Positions 34,715 to 42,667 of a stretch of 44,979 nucleotides of DNA are shown in pieces. The position numbers and the translations under genes were made by a program. The notes beneath the pieces were generated by a model. That model was not told where the DNA came from. It saw only the letters and a list, made by a program, of their open reading frames with translations, and did no database searches. The stretch's first letter is position 1, and each line of letters starts with the position of its first letter. The stretch comes from an uncultured Candidatus Saccharibacteria bacterium (GTDB lineage: Bacteria > Patescibacteriota > Minisyncoccia > Phycocordibacterales > UBA5272), in contig CAZEDG010000005.1 of NCBI GenBank assembly GCA_964510805.1, positions 1 through 44,979 on the forward strand, read 5' to 3'.

Positions 34715-36904
34715 CTACTGTACCGTTGTTGTTGCTATCTCAACAGGAGGTTTTTCTTGTGGAATTGTATTTTGGGTGTTTTGTTGAGAAGCACAAGCGA
34801 GAGGGTGATTGATAAGCCATTTCTGTATCGCGGTTTCCCAGAGGGTATATTGAGAGTCTCCTTGAGGATAATTTGGATAAGGGCCACTTGGATCACTTTT
34901 AATCACATAATTAAGAATAGTATGAATACCATCCTCTGCACAGTATGATCCTCGTAAAACAGGCTTAGAAGAGGTGTTAGGGGTTAAGTCAGGGAAATAC
35001 TCAACTTGAGTGTTTTGCAGTGCTCTATCCATAGCTTTTCGCCATACAGGGGCAAGGACGAACCCTGCAGTTCTCTTATCAATAGGAGTGTTGTCGTTAT
35101 TTCCTGCCCACATACCAATTACTAAAGATGGTGTATAACCAACAACCCAGACATCTTTATAATCATTAGTGGTTCCTGTTTTTACAGCAACAGGACGGTC
35201 TTTAAAATAAAGTGCAGAGTTAGCTCCATAACTAGGAGTTCTTGCTACGTTATCAGAAAGAACACTGGATATCTGAGAAGTAACTTCTTCCCCGAGTACT
35301 TCGGTTTCTGCAGGAGTAAACTTTTGAAGAACACTATCATCTCTGTCACGAACTTCGAGAATACCCTGAGGTTTATGATAAATACCATTATCCGCAAAGA
35401 CTCCATATGCATTAGTAAGTTCAAGTAAAGTGATTTCACCTCCACCAAGTACAAGAGAAAGTCCATATCTATTAGGATCGTTAATTGTCGAAAGTCCCAT
35501 AGCTTGCGCCAAATTTACAGCGTTTTGTATTCCTGTAAGATACAGCAATTTTACTGCAGGAATGTTAAGAGATTGAGCAAGAGCTTCACGTAGAGTAACA
35601 GGGCCACGGAATAATCCGTCATAATTATCAGGAATATAACAAGAGTCAGAATCAATCCCTTGTCTTATAGGATTACCGTCTGCATCACAAAGACTACTGA
35701 ACTGTGTTTGTACATCGAAGAGTACTGTTTCTGGTGTGTAACCGAGTTTAAATGCAGATGCATAGACAATAGGTTTAAAAGAAGATCCTGGTTGTCGAAG
35801 TGCTGTTGCAATATTATATTGACCAGGAATTTCTTTATCAAAAAAATCTCTTGACCCTACCATTGCAAGGATTTGTCCTGTTTTTGGATCTGATGCTACA
35901 AGAGCTGAGTTAGATGCTTTAAACTTTTTCATATTCTCAAAAGCACCATCTTTTACAATCTGCTCAAGATCTTTTTGGAGATCGTAATCAATTGTGGTGA
36001 CAACTTTTAACCCTCCGTTCTGAACCATATCAACACCGTATTTATCTTCAAGGTATTCACGAATATACATCACAAAATGAAGTGCTTTTCCGCTGTTAGA
36101 AGCATCTCTTTCGAAAGAAACAGTTTCTTTTTGAGATGTTTCTTTTTGATCTTTTGTGATGTAACCAAGTTCATACATTCTTTCAAGAACAAGATTTTTT
36201 CTTTTTTCAAGAGCGTCTCTATGTTTTCCGTAAGGGGAATAGTAGGTTGGAGCTTGAGGAAGTGCTGCGAGGTATGCAGATTCGGTAAGACTTACTTCTT
36301 TTGCATGTTTATTGAAATAGGTAAGTGAAGCTTCTTCTACTCCATAAATAGTTCCACCGTATGGACTTTCGTTAAGATAAATTTGAAGTATTGTTTTCTT
36401 TGGAAGTTCTCTATCTAGTTTTAGAGAGAGAATTATTTCTTTTATTTTACGAGAAATAGTTTTTTCTTGAGTAAGGAGAGCATTCTTAACAACTTGTTGA
36501 TTAATAGTAGATCCTCCTTGAACATATCCACCAGAGGTGATATTTGCTAGCATTGCTCGTATAAAAGAGGTTGGTCTAAAACCGTGATGTTCATAAAAAT
36601 GAGCATCTTCTATAGAAATAGTCGCTTCTTGAATATAAGGACTTATAGAGTCTATAGGAACTGCAGTTCTTCGTACGTTATCATGAATATTATAGAGCAC
36701 TACTTTTCCTGTCCTGTCATAGATTTTTGTTGAGTTGGCAACATTTCTATTCTCAAAATTATTAAAATCAGGAAGTTGTATAGTAGAAATCCATGTAATA
36801 ATAAGCGCTGAAGCTATTACAAAAAGCGAAAAAAGGACCAAAAAAATCTCTCGAACAATTCGATGTTTTATTTTTTTCTTCTTATGTGCATAGTAATCTG
36901 ACAT
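34715..36904 (-). CDS. Class A penicillin-binding protein (transglycosylase-transpeptidase)
   Basis: GT51 motifs EDAHFYEHHG, GGSTINQQVVKN, RKIKE. Transpeptidase motifs GSSFKP, SLN, KTGT. Confidence 0.96.
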   Translation of the reverse strand: MSDYYAHKKKKIKHRIVREIFLVLFSLFVIASALIITWISTIQLPDFNNFENRNVANSTKIYDRTGKVVLYNIHDNVRRTAVPIDSISPYIQEATISIEDAHFYEHHGFRPTSFIRAMLANITSGGYVQGGSTINQQVVKNALLTQEKTISRKIKEIILSLKLDRELPKKTILQIYLNESPYGGTIYGVEEASLTYFNKHAKEVSLTESAYLAALPQAPTYYSPYGKHRDALEKRKNLVLERMYELGYITKDQKETSQKETVSFERDASNSGKALHFVMYIREYLEDKYGVDMVQNGGLKVVTTIDYDLQKDLEQIVKDGAFENMKKFKASNSALVASDPKTGQILAMVGSRDFFDKEIPGQYNIATALRQPGSSFKPIVYASAFKLGYTPETVLFDVQTQFSSLCDADGNPIRQGIDSDSCYIPDNYDGLFRGPVTLREALAQSLNIPAVKLLYLTGIQNAVNLAQAMGLSTINDPNRYGLSLVLGGGEITLLELTNAYGVFADNGIYHKPQGILEVRDRDDSVLQKFTPAETEVLGEEVTSQISSVLSDNVARTPSYGANSALYFKDRPVAVKTGTTNDYKDVWVVGYTPSLVIGMWAGNNDNTPIDKRTAGFVLAPVWRKAMDRALQNTQVEYFPDLTPNTSSKPVLRGSYCAEDGIHTILNYVIKSDPSGPYPNYPQGDSQYTLWETAIQKWLINHPLACASQQNTQNTIPQEKPPVEIATTTVQ

Positions 36905-36960
36905 TTGTCTATAGTACCATATACTTAAAGAAAAGTGGTGCGTATGATAGTATGTACACT

Positions 36961-38160
36961 ATGGATAAAGTAATTATTGATGAAAAACGTATTGACGAGC
37001 TTCTTTCTCGTGGCGTTGAAGATATTATTGTAAAAGAAGAGTTAAAACAAGTTCTTCTTTCAGGAAAACAACTTCGTATTAAGCTTGGGGTTGATCCTAC
37101 AAGTGCAAAGATTCACCTAGGAAGAGCAATTCCTCTCCGTAAATTAAGAGAGTTTCAAAAACTAGGACATCAAGTAGTGTTTATTGTTGGTGATTTTACA
37201 GCACAGGTTGGTGATGCTTCTGATAAGTTGGATAAACGCCCAATGCTTACACGAGCGCTTATTGACGAAAACTTAAGAGATTACAAAAACCAAGTCGCTA
37301 AGATTCTTGATATTACAAAAACAGAATTTGTATACAATAGTGAATGGCTTTCTCGTCTTTCTTTTGAAGAGGTGACCAAGCTTGCAGAGTGTTTTTCAGT
37401 TCAACAAATGCTTGCACGAAGAAATTTCAAGGATCGATATGATAACGGAGTAGAAATTTCTCTACGAGAGTTCTTGTATCCTATTATGCAAGGATATGAT
37501 TCTGTTGCGGTAAAAGCAGATATTGAGCTTGGTGGTTTCGATCAGTTATTTAACCTAAAAGCAGGGCGCGTGATTCAGGAATACTTTGGACAACCAAAGC
37601 AAAATATCATGACGTTCCAAATGCTTGAAGGAACCGATGGACGTAAGATGTCGAGCTCTTGGGGAAATATTATTTCTATTGTTGATGATCCGGATACAAT
37701 GTTTGGCAAAGTGATGGCAATCAAAGATGAGCTTCTTGTGAAGTATTTCACTCTTTGTACAGACCTCCCTCTTGAAGAGGTTAAGAAAATAGAAAAAGAA
37801 CTTGAAAAAGGTTCTAATCCAAAAGATAGTAAGATGCGCCTCGCTCAAGAGTTGGTAACGATGTATCACACCGAAAAAGACGCAACGCTTGCAAAAAATT
37901 CATGGATCTCCGCTTTTCAAAATAAAGGAGTACCAGATTCTATTCCAGAACTTGTGTTACAAGAAGGTAAAGAATTAGGAGAAATGTTTGTACAAGAGGG
38001 GGTTGTTGTTTCTAAAACTGACTGGAGAAGACTTATTACTGATGGTGCAGTGAGGGATATGGATAAAGATGTAGAAATTACTGATCCAAAACAACTTGCG
38101 TATGAAGGAGTCTTTAAAGTTGGAAAGAAACGATTTATTAAGATAGTAATCAAGCACTAG
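36961..38160 (+). CDS. tyrS: Tyrosyl-tRNA synthetase
   Basis: KLGVDPTSAKIHLGR, YPIMQGYD, GGFDQLFN, KMSSS, C-terminal S4-like domain. Start is 36952 or 36961. Confidence 0.97.
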   Translation: MDKVIIDEKRIDELLSRGVEDIIVKEELKQVLLSGKQLRIKLGVDPTSAKIHLGRAIPLRKLREFQKLGHQVVFIVGDFTAQVGDASDKLDKRPMLTRALIDENLRDYKNQVAKILDITKTEFVYNSEWLSRLSFEEVTKLAECFSVQQMLARRNFKDRYDNGVEISLREFLYPIMQGYDSVAVKADIELGGFDQLFNLKAGRVIQEYFGQPKQNIMTFQMLEGTDGRKMSSSWGNIISIVDDPDTMFGKVMAIKDELLVKYFTLCTDLPLEEVKKIEKELEKGSNPKDSKMRLAQELVTMYHTEKDATLAKNSWISAFQNKGVPDSIPELVLQEGKELGEMFVQEGVVVSKTDWRRLITDGAVRDMDKDVEITDPKQLAYEGVFKVGKKRFIKIVIKH

Positions 38161-38162
38161 AC

Positions 38163-38345
38163 ACTAGATGTTAGAAAAGGAGTGAGGAATGAGGTAAGAA
38201 GAATGAAAGTGAAAAACTAGATGTTAGAGAGGTACAAACAGGTTAATAGTTTATAGTTAATGGTTAATAGTAGATACAAAAACACAAGAGCGAGGCCTTC
38301 GGCCTCGCTCTTGTGTTTTCTAATGTCTAAAGTCTAACATCTAAA
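38163..38345. repeat. Intergenic mosaic element, copy A9 (palindrome 38279-38319); inverted near-copy of A7
   Basis: AAAACACAAGAGCGAGGCC-TTC-GGCCTCGCTCTTGTGTTTT, a 19-bp stem. The reverse complement aligns with 32827-32999 with three 7-nt indels. Confidence 0.9.
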
Positions 38346-38357
38346 ATCTGCACACTC

Positions 38358-38537
38358 CTACCAATACCCTTCATCATTCGCAGCAAATGCGATGTCTATT
38401 TCATCAGCATCTTCATCTTCCTCATCTTCTTTAAAGGTAACAATCTCTTCCTCTTCGATGATAACTTCTTCATCTACGAAGGCTTCGAGTGCATCTGGGT
38501 TTAGGTCTCCTTTTGGTTCTTCTTCTTCAATAATCAT
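38358..38537 (-). CDS. 59-aa hyper-acidic microprotein (not in ORF track)
   Basis: MIIEEEEPKGDLNPDALEAFVDEEVIIEEEEIVTFKEDEEDEDADEIDIAFAANDEGYW*. 26/59 residues are D/E. Codons are genome-typical. Confidence 0.7.
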   Translation of the reverse strand: MIIEEEEPKGDLNPDALEAFVDEEVIIEEEEIVTFKEDEEDEDADEIDIAFAANDEGYW

Positions 38538-38622
38538 AATTGATACCGTCTATCTCGTAATCATTAAATGTATTGAAAAGATATCACCTATCCATAATCT
38601 TCGCAAGTCTTTTTGTGAATAA

Positions 38623-39132
38623 TTATAAAAACCCTTTAAGAATAAGGTTATTATGTCTACTTGCACTATGGGTAAGAGCAATTGCAATAGCATCAACTTC
38701 ATCGTCTAAGGTGTCTATGAGAAGAGGCTGTTTGAGGATTTTTGGAACCATAAGAGCAATATCTTCCTTAGTCGCCTTCCCATGACCAACAATCGCTAAC
38801 TTGATTTGAGGAGGGGAATATTCTGAGAGAGTAAGTCCGTATTTAAAAGAAAGATAAATACAAATACCACGAACCTCAGCTACAGTAATAATCGTCTTTT
38901 GGTTATTAGTAAAAAAGAGTGTTTCTATCGCAAGTTCATGAGGTGTGTAACGAGTAATAATTTCTTCAAGAGCTTCACCTATATGAAATAGTCTTTTCTC
39001 GAAAGAATCTTTTCGTGAAGTAGTAATACAATGAGAATATACCAAGGTTTCTTTTTGTCCTTCTTTGTCCAAAATACAAACACCAAGTCTATCAAAACCA
39101 GGATCAATACCTAAAATACGAATAACAGACAT
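38623..39132 (-). CDS. ruvC: Holliday junction resolvase RuvC
   Basis: ILGIDPG, LAIETLF, AEVRG, GHGKATKE, DDEVDAIAIALTH. Confidence 0.95.
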   Translation of the reverse strand: MSVIRILGIDPGFDRLGVCILDKEGQKETLVYSHCITTSRKDSFEKRLFHIGEALEEIITRYTPHELAIETLFFTNNQKTIITVAEVRGICIYLSFKYGLTLSEYSPPQIKLAIVGHGKATKEDIALMVPKILKQPLLIDTLDDEVDAIAIALTHSASRHNNLILKGFL

Positions 39133-39133
39133 A

Positions 39134-40117
39134 CTATTTCTTGAAGTGTTTGAGCGCTTTCTCTGTTGCTTTTCTTCCTCTGGTTGTTCTTTCTATCATA
39201 CCAATCTGAAGAAGATAGGGTTCAGTAACATCAGCGATTGTCGCTTCTTCTTCTCCTGTAGCTGCAGCGAGTGTGTTTAACCCAACAGGACCACCATTAA
39301 AAGTATTAACAAGACACTCAAGGATAATTCTCTCAGAGATACCGATACCAAATTCATCAATTTCAAGAAGTGATAAAGAGGTGTCAACAACTTCTCTATC
39401 AAGAAGCGCTTTATGAACCTGAGCATAGTCTCTTGCACGTTTGAGATAGTAGTTAGCGATACGAGGGGTGAATCTTGATCGTTTCGCAATTTCTTCCGCA
39501 GCGTCATCAGGAACTTCTGTTCCAAGTTTTTCACCGCTACGTTTTACAATGGTAGCGATTTCTTTATCTGTATAGTACTGAAGACGATATACTCCACCTG
39601 AAAATCTTGAACGAAGAGGTGCTGAGAGGAGAGAGATTCTCGTAGTTGCTCCAATAAGTGTAAAAGGAGGAAGATCGAGTTGTATTGTGCGTGCAGTTGG
39701 ACCTTTACCAATCACAATATCAAGCTTACCGCTCTCCATAGCAGGATACAGTACTTCCTCGATCATCTTATTTAATCTATGAATCTCATCAATAAAAAGC
39801 ACATCTCCTGGAGTGAGGTTAGTGAGTATGGCAGCGAGGTCTCCTACCTTCATGATAGCTGGACCACTTGAGAGTTTGAGATTAGAACCAAGCTCTTTTG
39901 CAATAAGATGAGCAAGTGTTGTCTTACCAAGTCCAGGAGGACCGTACAGTAGGATGTGTTCTGGTGGAGTGCCTCGCTCTTTTGCAGCAGTTAGGAGTAT
40001 ATGAAGATTCTTTTTGATTACTTCTTGCCCAACATATTCAGAAAAATGGACAGGTCGAAGAGTGCTATCAAGATGTCGTGTTTCTTCTTGTTCTATCACT
40101 TGGTTAGGGAGGGTCAT
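39134..40117 (-). CDS. ruvB: Holliday junction branch-migration ATPase RuvB
   Basis: LRPVHFSEYVGQ, GPPGLGKTT, LFIDEIHRL, FTLIGATTR, GGPVGL, RTTRGR. Confidence 0.97.
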   Translation of the reverse strand: MTLPNQVIEQEETRHLDSTLRPVHFSEYVGQEVIKKNLHILLTAAKERGTPPEHILLYGPPGLGKTTLAHLIAKELGSNLKLSSGPAIMKVGDLAAILTNLTPGDVLFIDEIHRLNKMIEEVLYPAMESGKLDIVIGKGPTARTIQLDLPPFTLIGATTRISLLSAPLRSRFSGGVYRLQYYTDKEIATIVKRSGEKLGTEVPDDAAEEIAKRSRFTPRIANYYLKRARDYAQVHKALLDREVVDTSLSLLEIDEFGIGISERIILECLVNTFNGGPVGLNTLAAATGEEEATIADVTEPYLLQIGMIERTTRGRKATEKALKHFKK

Positions 40118-40127
40118 GGTGAGGTAT

Positions 40128-40159
40128 TTGACAAAAGTTTTATATATGCTATAATAGCA
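40128..40159. promoter_or_regulatory. Bidirectional promoter
   Basis: Plus strand TTGACA(40128)-16-TATAAT(40150) with TGn. The near-palindrome TGCTATAATAGCA also reads TGcTATTAT on the minus strand toward ruvB. Confidence 0.7.
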
Positions 40160-40197
40160 CTATCTTACTGTTATTTAGGTAAGTAATTCTTTGTAAG

Positions 40198-40334
40198 AAC
40201 CTATATATCTCTAAACATCCGGGATTTATCCCACTTCCTAATTCAGAGGACGATCTGGTTGCACTCGTTGTCTCTGTGTCTATCCTTATGAAGGTTTGTT
40301 CTTCACCAAGGGGTTGCTTAGAGGTATATGGGTT
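40198..40334 (+). ncRNA. Structured RNA candidate, 6S-like rod with central bubble
   Basis: 40198-40216 pairs with 40316-40334 at 18/19 (two G-U). Apical stem 40244-53/40265-76. The bubble contains small hairpins. A strong promoter lies upstream and there is no credible ORF. Confidence 0.55.
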
Positions 40335-40434
40335 TTGAAAAAAGACTATAGTTTTTTAAGAGAAACGTGGCTTAAGGTTCACGTTTTTCTTTTTTCTATA
40401 AGCGAAGCGATCTGTGTTCTGTTGTCTAGTGCCA

Positions 40435-42141
40435 TCACTCTTCTGAAGAGTAGAGATCTACAACATGGCCAATTTCTTCAAAAGAAGTTACTCCTTCGAG
40501 TGCCTTTATTATAGCATCTTCACGAAGTGTTGGTATTTTTTGTGATTTTGAAGCTGTTCTTACTTCTCTTTCACTTGGGTTGGTGATCAGTGTTTTTTCT
40601 AGTTCTGCATTCATTACTACTGCTTCGAAAATTCCTGTTCTTCCTTTGTATCCTGTGTTTCCGCAGTGTTCACACCCCGTTGATCTATAGAGTGTATATG
40701 AAGGGGAAGGGATGTGGTCTTTCATAGAACCTTCTTTTCCTCCAATTTTCATTTCACCTAAGATATTTGTGATAACACGAGATTCTTTTTCGGTTGACTC
40801 ATATGCTTCTTTACATGATTCACATAGTTTGCGTACAAGACGTTGCGCAAGAGCAAGTGAAAGCGAACTTGAGAGTACTTTTGCATTGATGCCAAGATCA
40901 AGGAGACGCGGAATGGTTCCAAAGGCAGTGTTGGTGTGTAATGTTGAGAAGACAAGGTGACCGGTAAGTGCAGCATTCACCGCAACTTTTGCAGTATCTT
41001 CATCACGAATTTCACCTACCATGATTACATCAGGGTCTTGTCGTAGTGAAGCTCTTAACCCTGCTACGAATGAGTACCCTTTTTCGTTTTCTACTTGGGT
41101 TTGAGTAATACCTTCAAGATGATATTCGATAGGATCTTCGATGGTGATGATTTTTACCTCTGGTGTATACACATGACGAAGAAAGGCATAGAGTGTTGTT
41201 GTCTTTCCAGAACCTGTTGGTCCTGTGGTGAGAATGACTCCATGCGGTCTTTGTAATGCAAGTGTTACTTGCTCGCGAAGCACATCTGGAAAATCTATCT
41301 TCTCTATACCCGAGAGTGTGTTTCTTGGATCAAGGAGACGCATTACGAAGCTTTCACCGTAGTTACCAGGAACAATAGAGACACGAATATCAATCTCTAC
41401 CTGTCCAAGATCTACACTGAAGCGTCCATCCTGAGCTTTGCTTTTATTAGAAAGCTTAAGTCCCGAGAGTAGCTTAAGTCTACTTGTGACATTCTTAAGA
41501 AGATTCTGATCGAAGAATACAATGTCTTCAAGAACACCATTCACACGATAACGAAGACGCACCTTATCTTCCTCTGGTTCGATGTGGATATCACTTGCAC
41601 TGAACTTAAGCGCTCCTGCCATCATAAGTTCTATGACACGAGTAGTTTTGTAGAGTACTTGGGAATGAAGAAGTTCTTTGAAGAATGCTTCAAGCTCATC
41701 TCTGGTCTCGAAGTGTTCCATAAGGTTCGCCATCTTTTCTTCAGAAAGATCAAGCATCCCGCTCTCAACCTTAGTTCCTCTCCCGATATCTTGGTAACGA
41801 ACAAGTACATGTTCAAGAGAGGTATGAGAACAAAGGAAAAGTACAAGCTCCATACCTTTATCTTCAAGAGGTCGTAATATTGGTTCTAATTTTTCTTGAG
41901 ATGGGGAAATAGCAGCGACATAAAGCTTCTTCCCAACAAGTTTAAAAGGAACAACATTTCCTTCACGCGCTTGCTCTTCTTCGAGATAAACCATTGCGTC
42001 AGGTTCTGGTGCCATACCACGAAGATCGATATAGGGGAGACCATACTTATCAGAGAGAAGCTTCACAAGATTCTCTTCTTCTTCTTTTCTTAATTCGTCT
42101 AAACTTGCGTTTTGTTTTTCTTCATCGTAGAGAATTACCAT
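40435..42141 (-). CDS. pilB: Type IV pilus assembly ATPase PilB/GspE
   Basis: ASDIHIEP, QDGRF, TGPTGSGKTTT, TIEDPIEY, LRQDPDVIMVGEIRD, GHLVFSTLHTN, CxxC/CxxC Zn motifs. Confidence 0.93.
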   Translation of the reverse strand: MVILYDEEKQNASLDELRKEEEENLVKLLSDKYGLPYIDLRGMAPEPDAMVYLEEEQAREGNVVPFKLVGKKLYVAAISPSQEKLEPILRPLEDKGMELVLFLCSHTSLEHVLVRYQDIGRGTKVESGMLDLSEEKMANLMEHFETRDELEAFFKELLHSQVLYKTTRVIELMMAGALKFSASDIHIEPEEDKVRLRYRVNGVLEDIVFFDQNLLKNVTSRLKLLSGLKLSNKSKAQDGRFSVDLGQVEIDIRVSIVPGNYGESFVMRLLDPRNTLSGIEKIDFPDVLREQVTLALQRPHGVILTTGPTGSGKTTTLYAFLRHVYTPEVKIITIEDPIEYHLEGITQTQVENEKGYSFVAGLRASLRQDPDVIMVGEIRDEDTAKVAVNAALTGHLVFSTLHTNTAFGTIPRLLDLGINAKVLSSSLSLALAQRLVRKLCESCKEAYESTEKESRVITNILGEMKIGGKEGSMKDHIPSPSYTLYRSTGCEHCGNTGYKGRTGIFEAVVMNAELEKTLITNPSEREVRTASKSQKIPTLREDAIIKALEGVTSFEEIGHVVDLYSSEE

Positions 42142-42219
42142 ATCATGAGTATATAGTGAAGTTGTGTGACAGTGAATAGGATAATGTTTCTAGGATCACA
42201 CATGGATTTGAAAGCAGTC

Positions 42220-42247
42220 TTGACAGAACTATATTTTTATGTATAAT
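42220..42247 (+). promoter_or_regulatory. Consensus sigma70 promoter
   Basis: TTGACA-16 nt-TATAAT. Confidence 0.75.
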
Positions 42248-42307
42248 TATATATAGACTCGGAACACGAGTAACAGTTCATCAACTTCATTGTGAAAGGG
42301 GTCTACA

Positions 42308-42667
42308 ATGACCGCTCGTCGAATTCTTTCCGTCCTGACCATTCTCCTCGTACCTCTTTTCCTCGGTGGTTGCTTTATCAGTTTTTCTGGTTGCAACCGA
42401 TCGGGGACTATTTGTGGAAACACTGGAGGTGGAGGTGTTGTTGTCTACCAAGATCAGGTGCAACAGCAGTTTCAAGGTTGCAACGGTCCTGTGTTCTTGT
42501 ACAACAACGGCGCCCGAGAGTGTCGTCCTTGTCAGCAAGGCATCTGGAATGGGCAAGTCTGTGTGTCCCAGCAGGTGATCAACTATGGGAATGGAAACAC
42601 GAACTGTCAGAATCCATTGAAGTATCAGAACGGGCAGTGGGTTTCTCAAGGTTCTTGGTGCCGATAA
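42308..42667 (+). CDS. Small Cys/Gly/Gln-rich lipoprotein; frame continues 28 codons past its TAA (to 42754)
   Basis: Lipobox LGG-C22 plus eight further Cys. SD-like AAGGGG. In-frame extension GDVLWNVETHKIDLPAPQKQEPINPFDL*. Confidence 0.7.
   Translation: MTARRILSVLTILLVPLFLGGCFISFSGCNRSGTICGNTGGGGVVVYQDQVQQQFQGCNGPVFLYNNGARECRPCQQGIWNGQVCVSQQVINYGNGNTNCQNPLKYQNGQWVSQGSWCR

Noticed and set aside
3302-38319. Palindromic repeats as a CRISPR array
   Set aside because: Copies are dispersed kilobases apart between genes, with no repeat-spacer periodicity and no cas genes.
38392-38622. Ser-rich plus-strand ORF
   Set aside because: It is the antisense image of the acidic minus-strand microprotein (TCT/TCA from GAA/GAT codons).
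40160-40434. tRNA, tmRNA, SRP RNA or RNase P RNA; ORF 40296-40514
   Set aside because: No cloverleaf/CCA end, SRP GGAA loop motif or GAGGAAAGUCC signature. The ORF overlaps pilB antisense and lacks coding features.
42665-42667. Alternative genetic code explaining the internal stop
   Set aside because: The stop is TAA, which ends many core genes here. TGA also terminates pilB and lnt, so neither code 25 nor TAA reassignment fits.
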